Assembly (NCBI GenBank): GCA_001790315.1
Contig: MGCE01000040.1
Span: 1 to 38,097 of the forward strand
Source: Candidatus Rokubacteria bacterium RIFCSPLOWO2_02_FULL_72_37
Lineage (GTDB): Bacteria > Methylomirabilota > Methylomirabilia > Rokubacteriales > CSP1-6
DNA length: 38,097 nt
Direction of reading: 5' to 3'
Shown here piece after piece: positions 24,605 to 33,120 of the stretch (positions are counted from its first letter, which is position 1; each line of letters begins with the position of its first letter). The position numbers were made by a program, and so were the translations under genes. The notes beneath the pieces were generated by a model that worked only from the letters and a program-made list of their open reading frames with translations, was not told the origin of the DNA and did not search any database.

Positions 24605-26176
24605 ATGACCAATGGCAAAGAGGGCGACGAGATGGGGAACGCGCTTCCGTTGACGCTGGCGGCCCGGCTGGCGGCGCAGGCCGATGGGCTGGGGGACAAG
24701 TGCTTCTTTCACTACGGCGGTGCGGCCCACTCTTATGCCGGGGTGGCCGAACGGGCGGGCCGCGTGGCGGCGGGCCTGCAGGCCCTGGGCCTGGGCAAGG
24801 GCGACCGGGTGGCCACCTATCTTCCCAACGGCCTCCCCCTCGTGGAAAGCTATTTCGCCCTGGCCGCCCTCGGGGCCGGCGCCGTCCTGCTGAACCCGCA
24901 GCTCACGCCGCGCGAGATCGGGTACATCCTGGGGGACTCCGGCGCCACAGGCATCATCACCCACGCCTCGCTGCTGCCGAACGTCCGGGCGGTCCAGAGT
25001 TCGCTGCCGGCGCTCCGCACGGTGGTGGTCGCCGGTGGCAGCGCGGGAGACGGGGCCGTGGCCTTCGAGGGCCTCGGCCAGGAGATGGGGCCCCTCGGGG
25101 AACAGGGCGTGGATCCCGAGGACGAGGCGTGGCTGGCCTACACCTCGGGCACCACGGGGAAGCCGAAGGGCGCGATCCTCACCCACCGGAACCTCCTCTG
25201 GACCGCGGACGTGACGGCCCTCACGGTGGGGTTTCAGCCGGACGACGTGATCCTCTGTCCCATCCCCCTGTTCCATCTGTTTGCCCTGGGGGCGTGCTTC
25301 CTGGAGATCCTCACCGTCGGGGCCACCACGGTGATCCACGACCGGTTCTCGCCGGAGGGCGTGCTGGACGGCATCGGGCGCCACAGGGTCACGATCTATC
25401 CGGGTGTGCCCACCATGTACGCCTACCTACTCAACAGCCCGGCCCTGGCCGGGGCGGACACGGGGTCGCTGCGCTTCGGGATCACCGGGGGCGCCATCAT
25501 GCCCCAGAAGCTGATCGAGGAGACGGAAGCGAAGCTCAAGATCCAGGTGCTGAACATGTACGGGATCACCGAGACCGCGTCCTGGGTCTCGTGCGTCCAC
25601 CACACGGTGCGCCAGCCCTTCGGGTCGGTGGGCAAGGCGCTGCCCGGGCTCACGGTGCGCGTGGTGGACCGGGAGGACCGGGACGTGCCCATGGGCGAAA
25701 TCGGCGAGATCATCGTGCGGGGCCCCAACGTCATGCGGGGCTACAACAACCTGCCCGAGGCCACGGCCGAGGCCACCCGGGGCGGGTTCTACCATACGGG
25801 GGACCTGGGGACGCTGGACGGCGACGGGTTCCTCTACGTCCTGGACCGCCTGAAAGACATGATCATCAGCGGCGGCTACAACATCTACCCGAAAGAGGTC
25901 GAGGACGTCCTGTACGCCCACCCCGCGGTGCTCGAGGCCGCCGTGGTGGGGGTGCCGCACGAGGCCAAGGGCGAGGTGCCCCGGGCCTACGTGGTCCTCA
26001 AGGAGGGGGCCTCCGCCACCGCCGACGAGGTCCAGGCCTACCTCCGCGGGCAGCTTGCGGCCTATAAGCTCCCAGCCTCGGTGGAGTTCATCCAGGCCAT
26101 CCCGAAGACCGGGTCCGGGAAGATCCGGCGGGTGGAGCTGCGGGAGAAAGCCCGGCCGGCCGGCCGCCGGGGATGA
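24605..26176 (+). CDS. AMP-dependent acyl-CoA synthetase/ligase (ANL superfamily)
   Basis: AMP-binding motif YTSGTTGKPKGA, GYNNLPEAT...FYHTGDLG, and C-terminal GKIRR. The start is ATG 24605 or ATG 24632, and the latter has the better-spaced AGAGGG. Confidence 0.85.
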   Translation: MTNGKEGDEMGNALPLTLAARLAAQADGLGDKCFFHYGGAAHSYAGVAERAGRVAAGLQALGLGKGDRVATYLPNGLPLVESYFALAALGAGAVLLNPQLTPREIGYILGDSGATGIITHASLLPNVRAVQSSLPALRTVVVAGGSAGDGAVAFEGLGQEMGPLGEQGVDPEDEAWLAYTSGTTGKPKGAILTHRNLLWTADVTALTVGFQPDDVILCPIPLFHLFALGACFLEILTVGATTVIHDRFSPEGVLDGIGRHRVTIYPGVPTMYAYLLNSPALAGADTGSLRFGITGGAIMPQKLIEETEAKLKIQVLNMYGITETASWVSCVHHTVRQPFGSVGKALPGLTVRVVDREDRDVPMGEIGEIIVRGPNVMRGYNNLPEATAEATRGGFYHTGDLGTLDGDGFLYVLDRLKDMIISGGYNIYPKEVEDVLYAHPAVLEAAVVGVPHEAKGEVPRAYVVLKEGASATADEVQAYLRGQLAAYKLPASVEFIQAIPKTGSGKIRRVELREKARPAGRRG

Positions 26177-26297
26177 TCCAGGTTCCCTCAACCAGACGCG
26201 CTCCCGATGCGGCTTGATGTCGATCGCCACCGCGATCGTCGTCGCCGGCGTCATGGCCACGTCGAAGGGGTTGGGTCCGTGGGAGCGACGCTGCTGG

Positions 26298-28079
26298 TTA
26301 GGCGCGCGCGCCCTTCTTCGGGCGCTCCTGTCCCTTGACGACCTGGGAGCGGATCAGCCGTGGCAGCAGCATGTGGTGGTGGGGGCAGATGGACGCCGGG
26401 TTCTGGTACGCGGCGCCGGCGAAGGCGACCAGGTAGCGGCGCAACTCCTCGAAGCGCACGACCTCGTCGACGAAGCCGCGAATGGCGCAGTAGATGGGGC
26501 GGGACTGCTCCCGGTAGAGCTGCGCCAGCGCGTTCATCTGGTCGATCACCGGCCCGAGCGGCCGGCCGGCCTCCTTCTCCTTGACGAGCCGTCGCGAAAA
26601 CGAGGCGACCGCGGCCGTCTCGCCGTGCATCACGTTGAGCTCGGTCGTGGGCGTGCCGAGGGTGAAGGCGTTGTTGTTGTTGGCAGTGGGGCCGCCCATG
26701 ATGTAGTGCGCCGCAGCCGTGCCCTTGCGGAGAACGACCAGCATCATCGGCAGATCGGTCCGCTCGATGGAGTAGATGAGCGACTGGCCGAGGCCGAGCA
26801 GTTCGGCCTTCTCGGCGGTGTCGCCGACGTCGATCCCGGTCGTGTCCTGGAACCAGACGATCGGCACCCGATCCCGCCCGCACTGGGTCACGAACTCATT
26901 CAGCTTGATCAGGCCCTGCCGGTAGAGCTTGCCGCCGACGCCGATGTAGTCGGTGGCGTACTCCGGGTAGTTGGTCCCGAGCAGGCCCTGGCGATTGCCG
27001 ATCGCCCCGACCAGCAACCCGTCGACCTTGACCAGGCCCGTGTACACCTCGGGACCGAAGCCCGGCCGGAACTCCAGGTGCTCGCTGCCGTCGACCAGAC
27101 GCGCCAGCACGTCCTCGAAGCTGTAGACGGCCTTCGGGTTCACGGGGACGATCGAGGCGAGGTCCGAGAGCGGATACCTCGGCTCGGCGGGGACGGCGAC
27201 GCGGAAGAACGCCGGGTCGTACGCCGGCATCCGGGCGACGCACTCCCGGAGGGCGTCGAGGACTTCGGGTTCCGTGTCGAAAACGGCGCGGAAGAACCCC
27301 GTGGAGTCGTAATGGACGCGGGCGCTCCCCGGGGGGACCTCTTTGAACCGGCGCGCAGCCGCGATGATCTGCTCCGCCCCGGCCTCGTCGAAGGAACCCT
27401 TGGGACTCATGCCGCTGACGATCCCTCCACCGCCGACCGCCATGTTGGCGTTCTTGTGCGCGAAGAGGATTGTCGGGCTGATGCTCTGATAGCCCCCGCC
27501 GGCCGGATTCGTGCCGTAGATGCCGGCCACGACGGGGACGCCGAGTTTCTCCAGCTCGGCGTGGCGAAAGAACATCGTGCCGCCGCCCCTGCGGTCGGGA
27601 TAGACCTCGTCCTGCTGGGTCAGCTTCACGCCCGAGCAGTTGACCAGCCAGACCAGGGGCACCCGGAGGCGCTTGGCCAGGTCGGCGACGCGGAGCTGGT
27701 TCTCGGCCTGCCCGGGCACCCACGCCCCGGCCATGACCTTGTTGTCGAACCCGATCAGCACGCACCACTTGCCGCCGATCCGGGCCAACCCGTCGACGAC
27801 GCCGGTCACGCCCTCTTCGGTCTGGCGCGGGTTGTAGAGCGTGTGCAGGGGACAGAACGTCCCGGGGTCCACGAGGTACTCGATCCGGTCCCAGACGGTC
27901 ATCTCGCCCCGCTCGTGGATCTTCGCGGCGGAGAGTCCGGCGTTCTTGACGCGGTTCGCCTCGGCGTCGAGCTCCGCGAGCATCGCCGCGATCTGGTCGC
28001 GGTTCGCGGTCATCTCCTCGAGGTCGGTCTGCTTGAGCGGCTTGCCGAGCGCGTCCATCTTCTCGAAGTACGGGCGCAT
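26298..28079 (-). CDS. gcdA: Carboxyltransferase subunit of a biotin-dependent decarboxylase, most likely glutaconyl-CoA decarboxylase alpha subunit
   Basis: 593 aa carboxyl-transferase fold (GKWCVLIGFDNKVMAGAW, GIYGTNPAGGGY, IVWFQDTTGIDVG). ATG 28079 is preceded by GGGGGAGA. Assignment to Gcd rather than Mmd/Pcc rests on its length and the adjacent glutaryl-CoA dehydrogenase-like gene. Confidence 0.65.
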   Translation of the reverse strand: MRPYFEKMDALGKPLKQTDLEEMTANRDQIAAMLAELDAEANRVKNAGLSAAKIHERGEMTVWDRIEYLVDPGTFCPLHTLYNPRQTEEGVTGVVDGLARIGGKWCVLIGFDNKVMAGAWVPGQAENQLRVADLAKRLRVPLVWLVNCSGVKLTQQDEVYPDRRGGGTMFFRHAELEKLGVPVVAGIYGTNPAGGGYQSISPTILFAHKNANMAVGGGGIVSGMSPKGSFDEAGAEQIIAAARRFKEVPPGSARVHYDSTGFFRAVFDTEPEVLDALRECVARMPAYDPAFFRVAVPAEPRYPLSDLASIVPVNPKAVYSFEDVLARLVDGSEHLEFRPGFGPEVYTGLVKVDGLLVGAIGNRQGLLGTNYPEYATDYIGVGGKLYRQGLIKLNEFVTQCGRDRVPIVWFQDTTGIDVGDTAEKAELLGLGQSLIYSIERTDLPMMLVVLRKGTAAAHYIMGGPTANNNNAFTLGTPTTELNVMHGETAAVASFSRRLVKEKEAGRPLGPVIDQMNALAQLYREQSRPIYCAIRGFVDEVVRFEELRRYLVAFAGAAYQNPASICPHHHMLLPRLIRSQVVKGQERPKKGARA

Positions 28080-28117
28080 ACGTGGTGGTCTCCCCCGCCT
28101 AGCTGGCGGCGTATCGC

Positions 28118-28146
28118 GGGGCGCCACGGCTCTGCCGTGGCGCCCC
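28118..28146 (-). promoter_or_regulatory. Perfect 12 bp GC-rich hairpin in the gdh-gcdA spacer
   Basis: ggggcgccacgg-ctctg-ccgtggcgcccc (plus-strand reading). It lies 39 nt upstream of the gcdA start. No U-tract. Confidence 0.5.
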
Positions 28147-28159
28147 GAACGTTGGGGGT

Positions 28160-28184
28160 CTGGGGGCCATTTCGGGGCCCCCAG
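28160..28184 (-). terminator. 9 bp GC hairpin immediately after the acyl-CoA dehydrogenase stop
   Basis: ctgggggcc-atttcgg-ggcccccag (plus-strand reading), one nucleotide from the TAG at 28186-28188. It could be a terminator, an attenuator or an mRNA-stabilising element. Confidence 0.4.
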
Positions 28185-28185
28185 T

Positions 28186-29349
28186 CTATCGGTTCGCCTT
28201 GCGATAGCCGAGCTGGTCGAGCGCGATGATCATCTTGCAGATGTTGGCCGAGCCTTCGACCATGAAGTACGTCGGGGCGTCCCGGTAATAGCGCTCGACC
28301 GGATACTCGGTCGAGTACCCATAGGCGCCCAGGATGCGCATGGCGTAGCCGGCGGCCTTGTTCACGACCTCGCCCGCCAGGTACTTCGCCTGGGCCACCT
28401 CCAGCGTGTTCCCGAGGTTGCCCTGGTCCTTCTGCCAGGCCGCCTTGTAGACGAGGAGTCGCGCCGCCTCGATCTCGGTCACCATCTGCGCGACCATGTC
28501 CTGATTCATCTGGAACTGGCCGATCGGCTGCCCGAACTGCTCGCGCTCGTTGCAGTACTTGGTCACCTGATCCAGGCAGGCTTGCGCGAGTCCGACGCCG
28601 CCGGCGGCCGCCTGCAGGCGCGTCTGGTTGAGCGACCCGAAGACGATGGCGGCGCCGTCCCCGGGCTTGCCGAGGATGTTCTCCTTCGGAACGCGCACGT
28701 TCTCCAGGATGATCTCACCGGTGGGCGACAGATGCGTCCCCATCTTGTGCCAGTCGGCCGTGCTCACGCCCTCGACGTTCTTCAGCTCGACGACGAACGC
28801 GGAGAGCGATCTGCCCCGGCCGCCGCGATCCGTGTGCGCGTAGTAGATGATCACGTCGGCGAGGCTCGCGTTGGAGATCCACGCCTTCGATCCGTTCAGG
28901 AGCCAGTGGTCGCCCTGGTCTTCCGCCCTGGACTTCATGCCGGCGACGTCCGAGCCCGCCGTCGGCTCGGTGATCGCGAACCCTCCCAGGTACTCGGCGC
29001 TCACCAGCTTGGGGACGTACTTCCGCTTGAGCTCCTCGGACCCGTAGCGGAGGATCGGGAACGCGCACCCGACGGTTTCCATGTTGATCTGGACGCGGAG
29101 CGAGCTGCAGGCGCGGGCGATCTCCTCGGTCACGAGCATGGTCGCGAGCCAGCCCATGTCGTTGCCGCCGTACTCCTCGGGGATCACCGTGCCCAGGAAG
29201 CCCAGCGCCGCCATGGGCTTGACGACTTCCTCGTAGGGGAAGTAGTGATCCTTGTCCCACTGCTCGACGAACGGCGCGATCTTGTCGGCGGCGAACTCCC
29301 GCGCCACCTGCACGAGCGCCTTCAACTCGTCCGACAGCTCGAAGTGCAT
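28186..29349 (-). CDS. Acyl-CoA dehydrogenase, glutaryl-CoA dehydrogenase-like (possibly the non-decarboxylating type)
   Basis: 387 aa from ATG 29349, preceded by GGAGGAGGGG. ACAD motifs FAITEPTAGSDVAGM and LNGSKAWISNAS (GDH-like WI(T/S)N). The catalytic Glu lies in FMVEGS, preceded by Val instead of the usual Tyr. The longer track ORF (to 30009) is a spurious 5' extension. Confidence 0.8.
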   Translation of the reverse strand: MHFELSDELKALVQVAREFAADKIAPFVEQWDKDHYFPYEEVVKPMAALGFLGTVIPEEYGGNDMGWLATMLVTEEIARACSSLRVQINMETVGCAFPILRYGSEELKRKYVPKLVSAEYLGGFAITEPTAGSDVAGMKSRAEDQGDHWLLNGSKAWISNASLADVIIYYAHTDRGGRGRSLSAFVVELKNVEGVSTADWHKMGTHLSPTGEIILENVRVPKENILGKPGDGAAIVFGSLNQTRLQAAAGGVGLAQACLDQVTKYCNEREQFGQPIGQFQMNQDMVAQMVTEIEAARLLVYKAAWQKDQGNLGNTLEVAQAKYLAGEVVNKAAGYAMRILGAYGYSTEYPVERYYRDAPTYFMVEGSANICKMIIALDQLGYRKANR

Positions 29350-29554
29350 GTCGTCGCCCCTCCTCCACCGCGCCGTCCGTCCGGCCCTCCGGAGCCCGCA
29401 CCGGGAGTGATCCGCCGCGCGCGACGCCGGCCCGGGGATGTGGAAGGATACCAGAAGACGTCGAACGCGACGTAGAGGTAGCGCGTTTCGCCTAGGGCGC
29501 GGTCGCGCCGGCGGCTGGTTTGACTCGCCAGCGTGCCCATGATAGCGTGCCGCG

Positions 29555-29776
29555 GTGGCCGAACAGATCGTCGAAGCGCCCGCGCCAGGAAAGATCCTCA
29601 AGGTATTCGCAGAGGTCGGGAAGCCCATCGCCGAGGGCGACCGCATCTGCATGCTCGAAGCGCTCAAGATGGAACTCCCGATCGTGGCCCCGGTGAGCGG
29701 CACGGTCAGGGCGCTTCCCATCGCCCCCGGCCAGAGCGTCGAGGCCGGGGATCCGCTGGCCGTCATCGAGGGGTAG
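29555..29776 (+). CDS. gcdC: Minimal biotin carboxyl-carrier domain protein (decarboxylase gamma/GcdC-like)
   Basis: A 73 aa biotinyl/lipoyl hybrid-barrel pattern: APAPGKILKV...GDRICMLEALKMELPIVAPVSGTV...GDPLAVIEG. The biotinyl-Lys lies in ALKM rather than the canonical AMKM. GTG start, no clear SD. Confidence 0.7.
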   Translation: MAEQIVEAPAPGKILKVFAEVGKPIAEGDRICMLEALKMELPIVAPVSGTVRALPIAPGQSVEAGDPLAVIEG

Positions 29777-29790
29777 CCGCGGGAACCCCG

Positions 29791-29937
29791 GTGCTCCACG
29801 CCACCTGGTTCGTCTTGGCTGGCATGGGCATCGTCTTCCTCACGTTGGGCCTCCTCGTGCTGGTGATGAGCGGCCTCAACCGGTGGTTCGGGCCCGGGCC
29901 GCAGACCAAGCAGACCAAGAAGCCGCGGAATGCCTGA
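29791..29937 (+). CDS. gcdD: Small single-TM subunit, OadG/GcdD-like
   Basis: About 48 aa (VLHATWFVLAGMGIVFLTLGLLVLVMSGLNRWF...). It sits between the biotin carrier and the beta subunit, as in Na+-decarboxylase operons, and overlaps the next gene by 8 nt. The start codon is uncertain (GTG 29791 or ATG 29824). Confidence 0.5.
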   Translation: MLHATWFVLAGMGIVFLTLGLLVLVMSGLNRWFGPGPQTKQTKKPRNA

Positions 29938-31066
29938 CAACGAGTTCCTGGGCGTCCTCGCGCTGACCTGGCAGGCTGCGGTCATGCTCGGGCTCGGCGG
30001 CCTCCTCATCTATCTCGGGATCGCCAAGCAAGTGGAGCCCGTCCTCCTCGTTCCGATCGGCGCCGGCGTCATCCTCGCGAACATCCCCCTCGGCGGGCTC
30101 ACGGAGCCGGGGGGGCTCCTGGCGGTGCTTCGCGCCGCCGGTATCGAGACCGAGCTGTTCCCCCTGCTGATCTTCATCGGCGTCGGCGCCATGATCGATT
30201 TCGGGTCCCTGCTGGAACGGCCGTACACCGTCTTCCTCGGCGCGGCCGCCCAGTTCGGCATCTTCGGGACGTTCTTCCTGGCCTACTTCCTCGGCGACGG
30301 TGGCCTCCGCCTCTTCGACTTCAGCTTCAAGGACGCGGTCTCGATCGGCATCATCGGCTCGGCGGACGGCCCGACGTCGATCTACGTGGCGACCGTCCTC
30401 GGCTCCAAGTACGCGGCCTCCATCGTCGTCGCGGCATACTCCTACATGGCCCTGGTGCCGATCATCCAGCCACCCATCATGCGGGCGCTCACCACGGACG
30501 CCGAGCGACGGCTCACGATGCCCGCTCGGGCACGAGGGGTGTCCCGGCGCACCCGCGTCCTGTTTCCGGTCGTGACCATCGTCGTCGTCGGGCTCATCGC
30601 GCCCAAGGCCACGCCGCTGATCGGCACCCTGATGTTCGGCAACCTCTTGCGCGAGTCGGGAGTCCTGGAGCGGCTGTCGCAAGCCGCGCAGAACGAGATG
30701 ACCAACATCGTCACGATCCTCCTCGGGCTCACCGTGGGCGGCATGATGTCGGCAGCGGACTTCCTGCGGCCCGAGACGATCATGATCTACGTCATGGGGG
30801 TGGTGGCCTTCGCCGCCGGCACCGCCGCCGGACTGGTCTTCGGCAAGGTGATGTACGTCGCCTCCGGCAAGCGGATCAATCCCCTGATCGGCGCGGCGGG
30901 GATCTCCGCGTTCCCGATGTGCGCGCGTGTCGTCCAGAAGGTCGGCCTCGAGGCCAACCCGCACAACCATCTGATCATGCACGCGGCGGGCGCCAACACG
31001 GCGGGCCAGATCGCGTCGGTGGTCGCCGGGGGCGCCGCGCTGGCGCTCGTGCCCTTCTTCGCCTAG
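29930..31066 (+). CDS. gcdB: Na+-translocating decarboxylase beta subunit (OadB/MmdB/GcdB family)
   Basis: Polytopic membrane protein with YLGIAKQVEPVLLVPIGAGVILANIP, SADGPTSIYV and AAGISAFPM, typical of the beta subunits. Confidence 0.85.
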   Translation: MPDNEFLGVLALTWQAAVMLGLGGLLIYLGIAKQVEPVLLVPIGAGVILANIPLGGLTEPGGLLAVLRAAGIETELFPLLIFIGVGAMIDFGSLLERPYTVFLGAAAQFGIFGTFFLAYFLGDGGLRLFDFSFKDAVSIGIIGSADGPTSIYVATVLGSKYAASIVVAAYSYMALVPIIQPPIMRALTTDAERRLTMPARARGVSRRTRVLFPVVTIVVVGLIAPKATPLIGTLMFGNLLRESGVLERLSQAAQNEMTNIVTILLGLTVGGMMSAADFLRPETIMIYVMGVVAFAAGTAAGLVFGKVMYVASGKRINPLIGAAGISAFPMCARVVQKVGLEANPHNHLIMHAAGANTAGQIASVVAGGAALALVPFFA

Positions 31067-31103
31067 CTGGCCGCAGATGTTCGCGCGGCGGCCGGAGGGA
31101 GCC

Positions 31104-31901
31104 ATGGACAGGGGAACCGTGCTGATCGTCGACGACGATCCCGAGGTGCGGGCGACCCTCGCGGAATACCTCGCCGAGGACGGGTTCGAGGTCGCCGAGG
31201 CGGGCAACGGACTCGAAGCGCTCGCCCACGTCAAGCGCGCGCGGCCCAGGGCCATCGTGCTCGACCTCATGATGCCGCGCCTCGGCGGGATCGACGCGCT
31301 CCAGAGGATCCGGGGATTCGATCCGACGATCGGGGTGGTCGTCGTCACGGGCGCCGAGGACATCGAGCTGCACCGCAAGGCGCTGGCGCTGGGCGCCCTC
31401 GCCGTCTTCACGAAGCCGGTCGCGCCGTCGGACGTCGCCGTCGCGCTCGGGGGGCGGGGGCCCGCGCCCGGGAGGCCTGCACCGGCGCCGCGCGCGGCGG
31501 ACACGCCTGCCACGCCGCCGCTCGCGAAGGTCCTCGTCGTGGACGACGAGCCGCAGGTCCGCGCGATGCTCGAGGAGCTCGTGGGGGCGATGGGCTACGA
31601 AACGCGGAGCGCGCCCGACGGCCTGACCGGGGTCCGCGCGGTGCTCGACTGGGACCCGGACATCGTGCTCCTCGACATCGGCATGCCAGGTCTCAGCGGC
31701 GTCGGCGCGTTGCCCGTGATCGCGAGGCTCGCCCCCACGACGAAGGTCATCATGGTCAGCGGCATCACGAACCTCGAAGTGTCCAGGCGATCGCTCGCCT
31801 ACGGCGCCTTCGACTATGTCGCGAAGCCGGTGGACGTGGACTACCTGCAGCGGTCCCTCGAGACCGCGGTGATGATGAAGCGGCTGGAGGAGGCCCGCTG
31901 A
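31104..31901 (+). CDS. Response regulator with two receiver domains and no output domain
   Basis: REC1 is VLIVDDDPEVR...IVLDLMMPRLGG...FTKP. A Pro/Ala-rich linker follows. REC2 is VLVVDDEPQVR...IVLLDIGMPGLSG...YVAKP. ATG 31104 follows GGAGGGA. An alternative ATG lies at 31077. Confidence 0.8.
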   Translation: MDRGTVLIVDDDPEVRATLAEYLAEDGFEVAEAGNGLEALAHVKRARPRAIVLDLMMPRLGGIDALQRIRGFDPTIGVVVVTGAEDIELHRKALALGALAVFTKPVAPSDVAVALGGRGPAPGRPAPAPRAADTPATPPLAKVLVVDDEPQVRAMLEELVGAMGYETRSAPDGLTGVRAVLDWDPDIVLLDIGMPGLSGVGALPVIARLAPTTKVIMVSGITNLEVSRRSLAYGAFDYVAKPVDVDYLQRSLETAVMMKRLEEAR

Positions 31902-31941
31902 CGTCCTGACCCGCATCGGCTCTCGGCCCGCGCGCCTCAGC

Positions 31942-33120
31942 TTGGCGATCGCGGCCGTGACGCTCGCCATCCAGAACGGCATCGTCATGGCGTTCGCCGT
32001 CCTCTACCTGCCGCTGATCGACGAGTTCGGCGCCTCCCGCGGCGAGGTCGCGGCGGTGCAGTCCGCGGTGCTGCTCCTCGGCGGCTTCGGCTCGCCCCTG
32101 ATCGGCTGGGCGCTCGACCGGCTCGGCCCGCGGCGCCTGTTCCAGTACGGCGCGGTGGTCGCCGCGGCCGCGTTCGTCGTCGCGAGCCGCGTCGACTCCC
32201 TTCCCCTGCTCGTGCTCGCGTATGGCGTCGCGGGCGGGCTCGGCCTCTCCGCGCTCGGAAGTCAGGCGAACCTGGTCGTCGCCGCGCTCTGGTTTCCGGC
32301 CGCGCGCGGGCGCGCGATCGCCGTCGCCGACCTGGGCACCGGGCTCGGTGCGTTCGCGTTCACGCTGCTCGGGCAGACGCTGGTGTCGGCGCTCGGCTGG
32401 CGGACGACGCTGCTCGTGTGGTCGGCGCTGCTGGTCCTCGTCGTGGTTCCGCTCAACGGGCTCCAGCGCCTGCCACCCCGCGAGCCCGCGGTAGCCCCGG
32501 GGGCGCGCCCGCCCCCGGACTGGACGCTCTCCGACGCCCTCGGCGCGGCGCCGTTCTGGTGGCTCGCGGCCATGCGCTTCTTCGGCGCGTGCGCGTTCCC
32601 CCTCATGAACACCCACATGGTCGCGTACGCGATCGGGCAGGGGATCGCCCCGCGGACCGCCGCCGCGGCGCTCGGCGCGGTCAGCCTCGTGAGTCTCGCG
32701 GGACGGCTGACGACCGGCTGGCTCTGCGACCGCATCGGCCGGCCCGAGACTTTGACGCTCACCTACGCGAGCGCCGCGCTCGGCATCGGCGGCCTCGTGC
32801 TGCTCACGATGACCGGCTCGCCCGCCTGGCTCGTCGTCTACGTCGCGCTCTACGGTGTGGCCCAGGGTTCGAGCGGGATCGTCGCCTCCGCGCGGGCCGC
32901 CGACGTCTTCGCCGGGGCGTCGTTCGGCGCGATCTACGGCTGGCTCTCGCTCGCGATCGGGCCGGGGGAGGCGCTCGGGGCGTGGGTGGGCGGCTGGTTC
33001 TTCGACGCCTGGGGCAGCTACCTGCCGGCGTTTGGCTTCGCGGTCGCCGCGCTGGCGGCGGGGCTCGTCGCGATCTGGCGCGTTCGAGCCGGTCACCCCG
33101 GGCGGGCGGGATCGACGTAG
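31942..33120 (+). CDS. MFS transporter
   Basis: About 12 predicted hydrophobic helices with MFS-like loops (GWALDRLGPRR, GWLCDRIGRP). The start (TTG 31942) is uncertain. Confidence 0.7.
   Translation: MAIAAVTLAIQNGIVMAFAVLYLPLIDEFGASRGEVAAVQSAVLLLGGFGSPLIGWALDRLGPRRLFQYGAVVAAAAFVVASRVDSLPLLVLAYGVAGGLGLSALGSQANLVVAALWFPAARGRAIAVADLGTGLGAFAFTLLGQTLVSALGWRTTLLVWSALLVLVVVPLNGLQRLPPREPAVAPGARPPPDWTLSDALGAAPFWWLAAMRFFGACAFPLMNTHMVAYAIGQGIAPRTAAAALGAVSLVSLAGRLTTGWLCDRIGRPETLTLTYASAALGIGGLVLLTMTGSPAWLVVYVALYGVAQGSSGIVASARAADVFAGASFGAIYGWLSLAIGPGEALGAWVGGWFFDAWGSYLPAFGFAVAALAAGLVAIWRVRAGHPGRAGST

Noticed and set aside
26177-26297. Small minus-strand ORF start (MAMTPATTIAVAIDIK...) continuing antisense into the ligase gene (25427..26260)
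   Set aside because: Most of it is antisense to a well-supported ANL ligase. Only the first 25 or so codons look protein-like, so at most it is a remnant. I mention this under the codon-shift finding and do not call it as a gene.
26055-29475. 724 aa and 544 aa plus-strand ORFs (26055..28229 and 27841..29475)
   Set aside because: They are antisense to the carboxyltransferase and acyl-CoA dehydrogenase, which have strong family signatures and SD-preceded ATG starts.
29350-30009. 5' extension of the 607 aa minus-strand ORF beyond the acyl-CoA dehydrogenase start
   Set aside because: ATG 29349 has a GGAGGAGGGG SD and gives a normal 387 aa ACAD. The extension is Arg/Pro/Ser-rich and overlaps the plus-strand gcdC, gcdD and gcdB genes.
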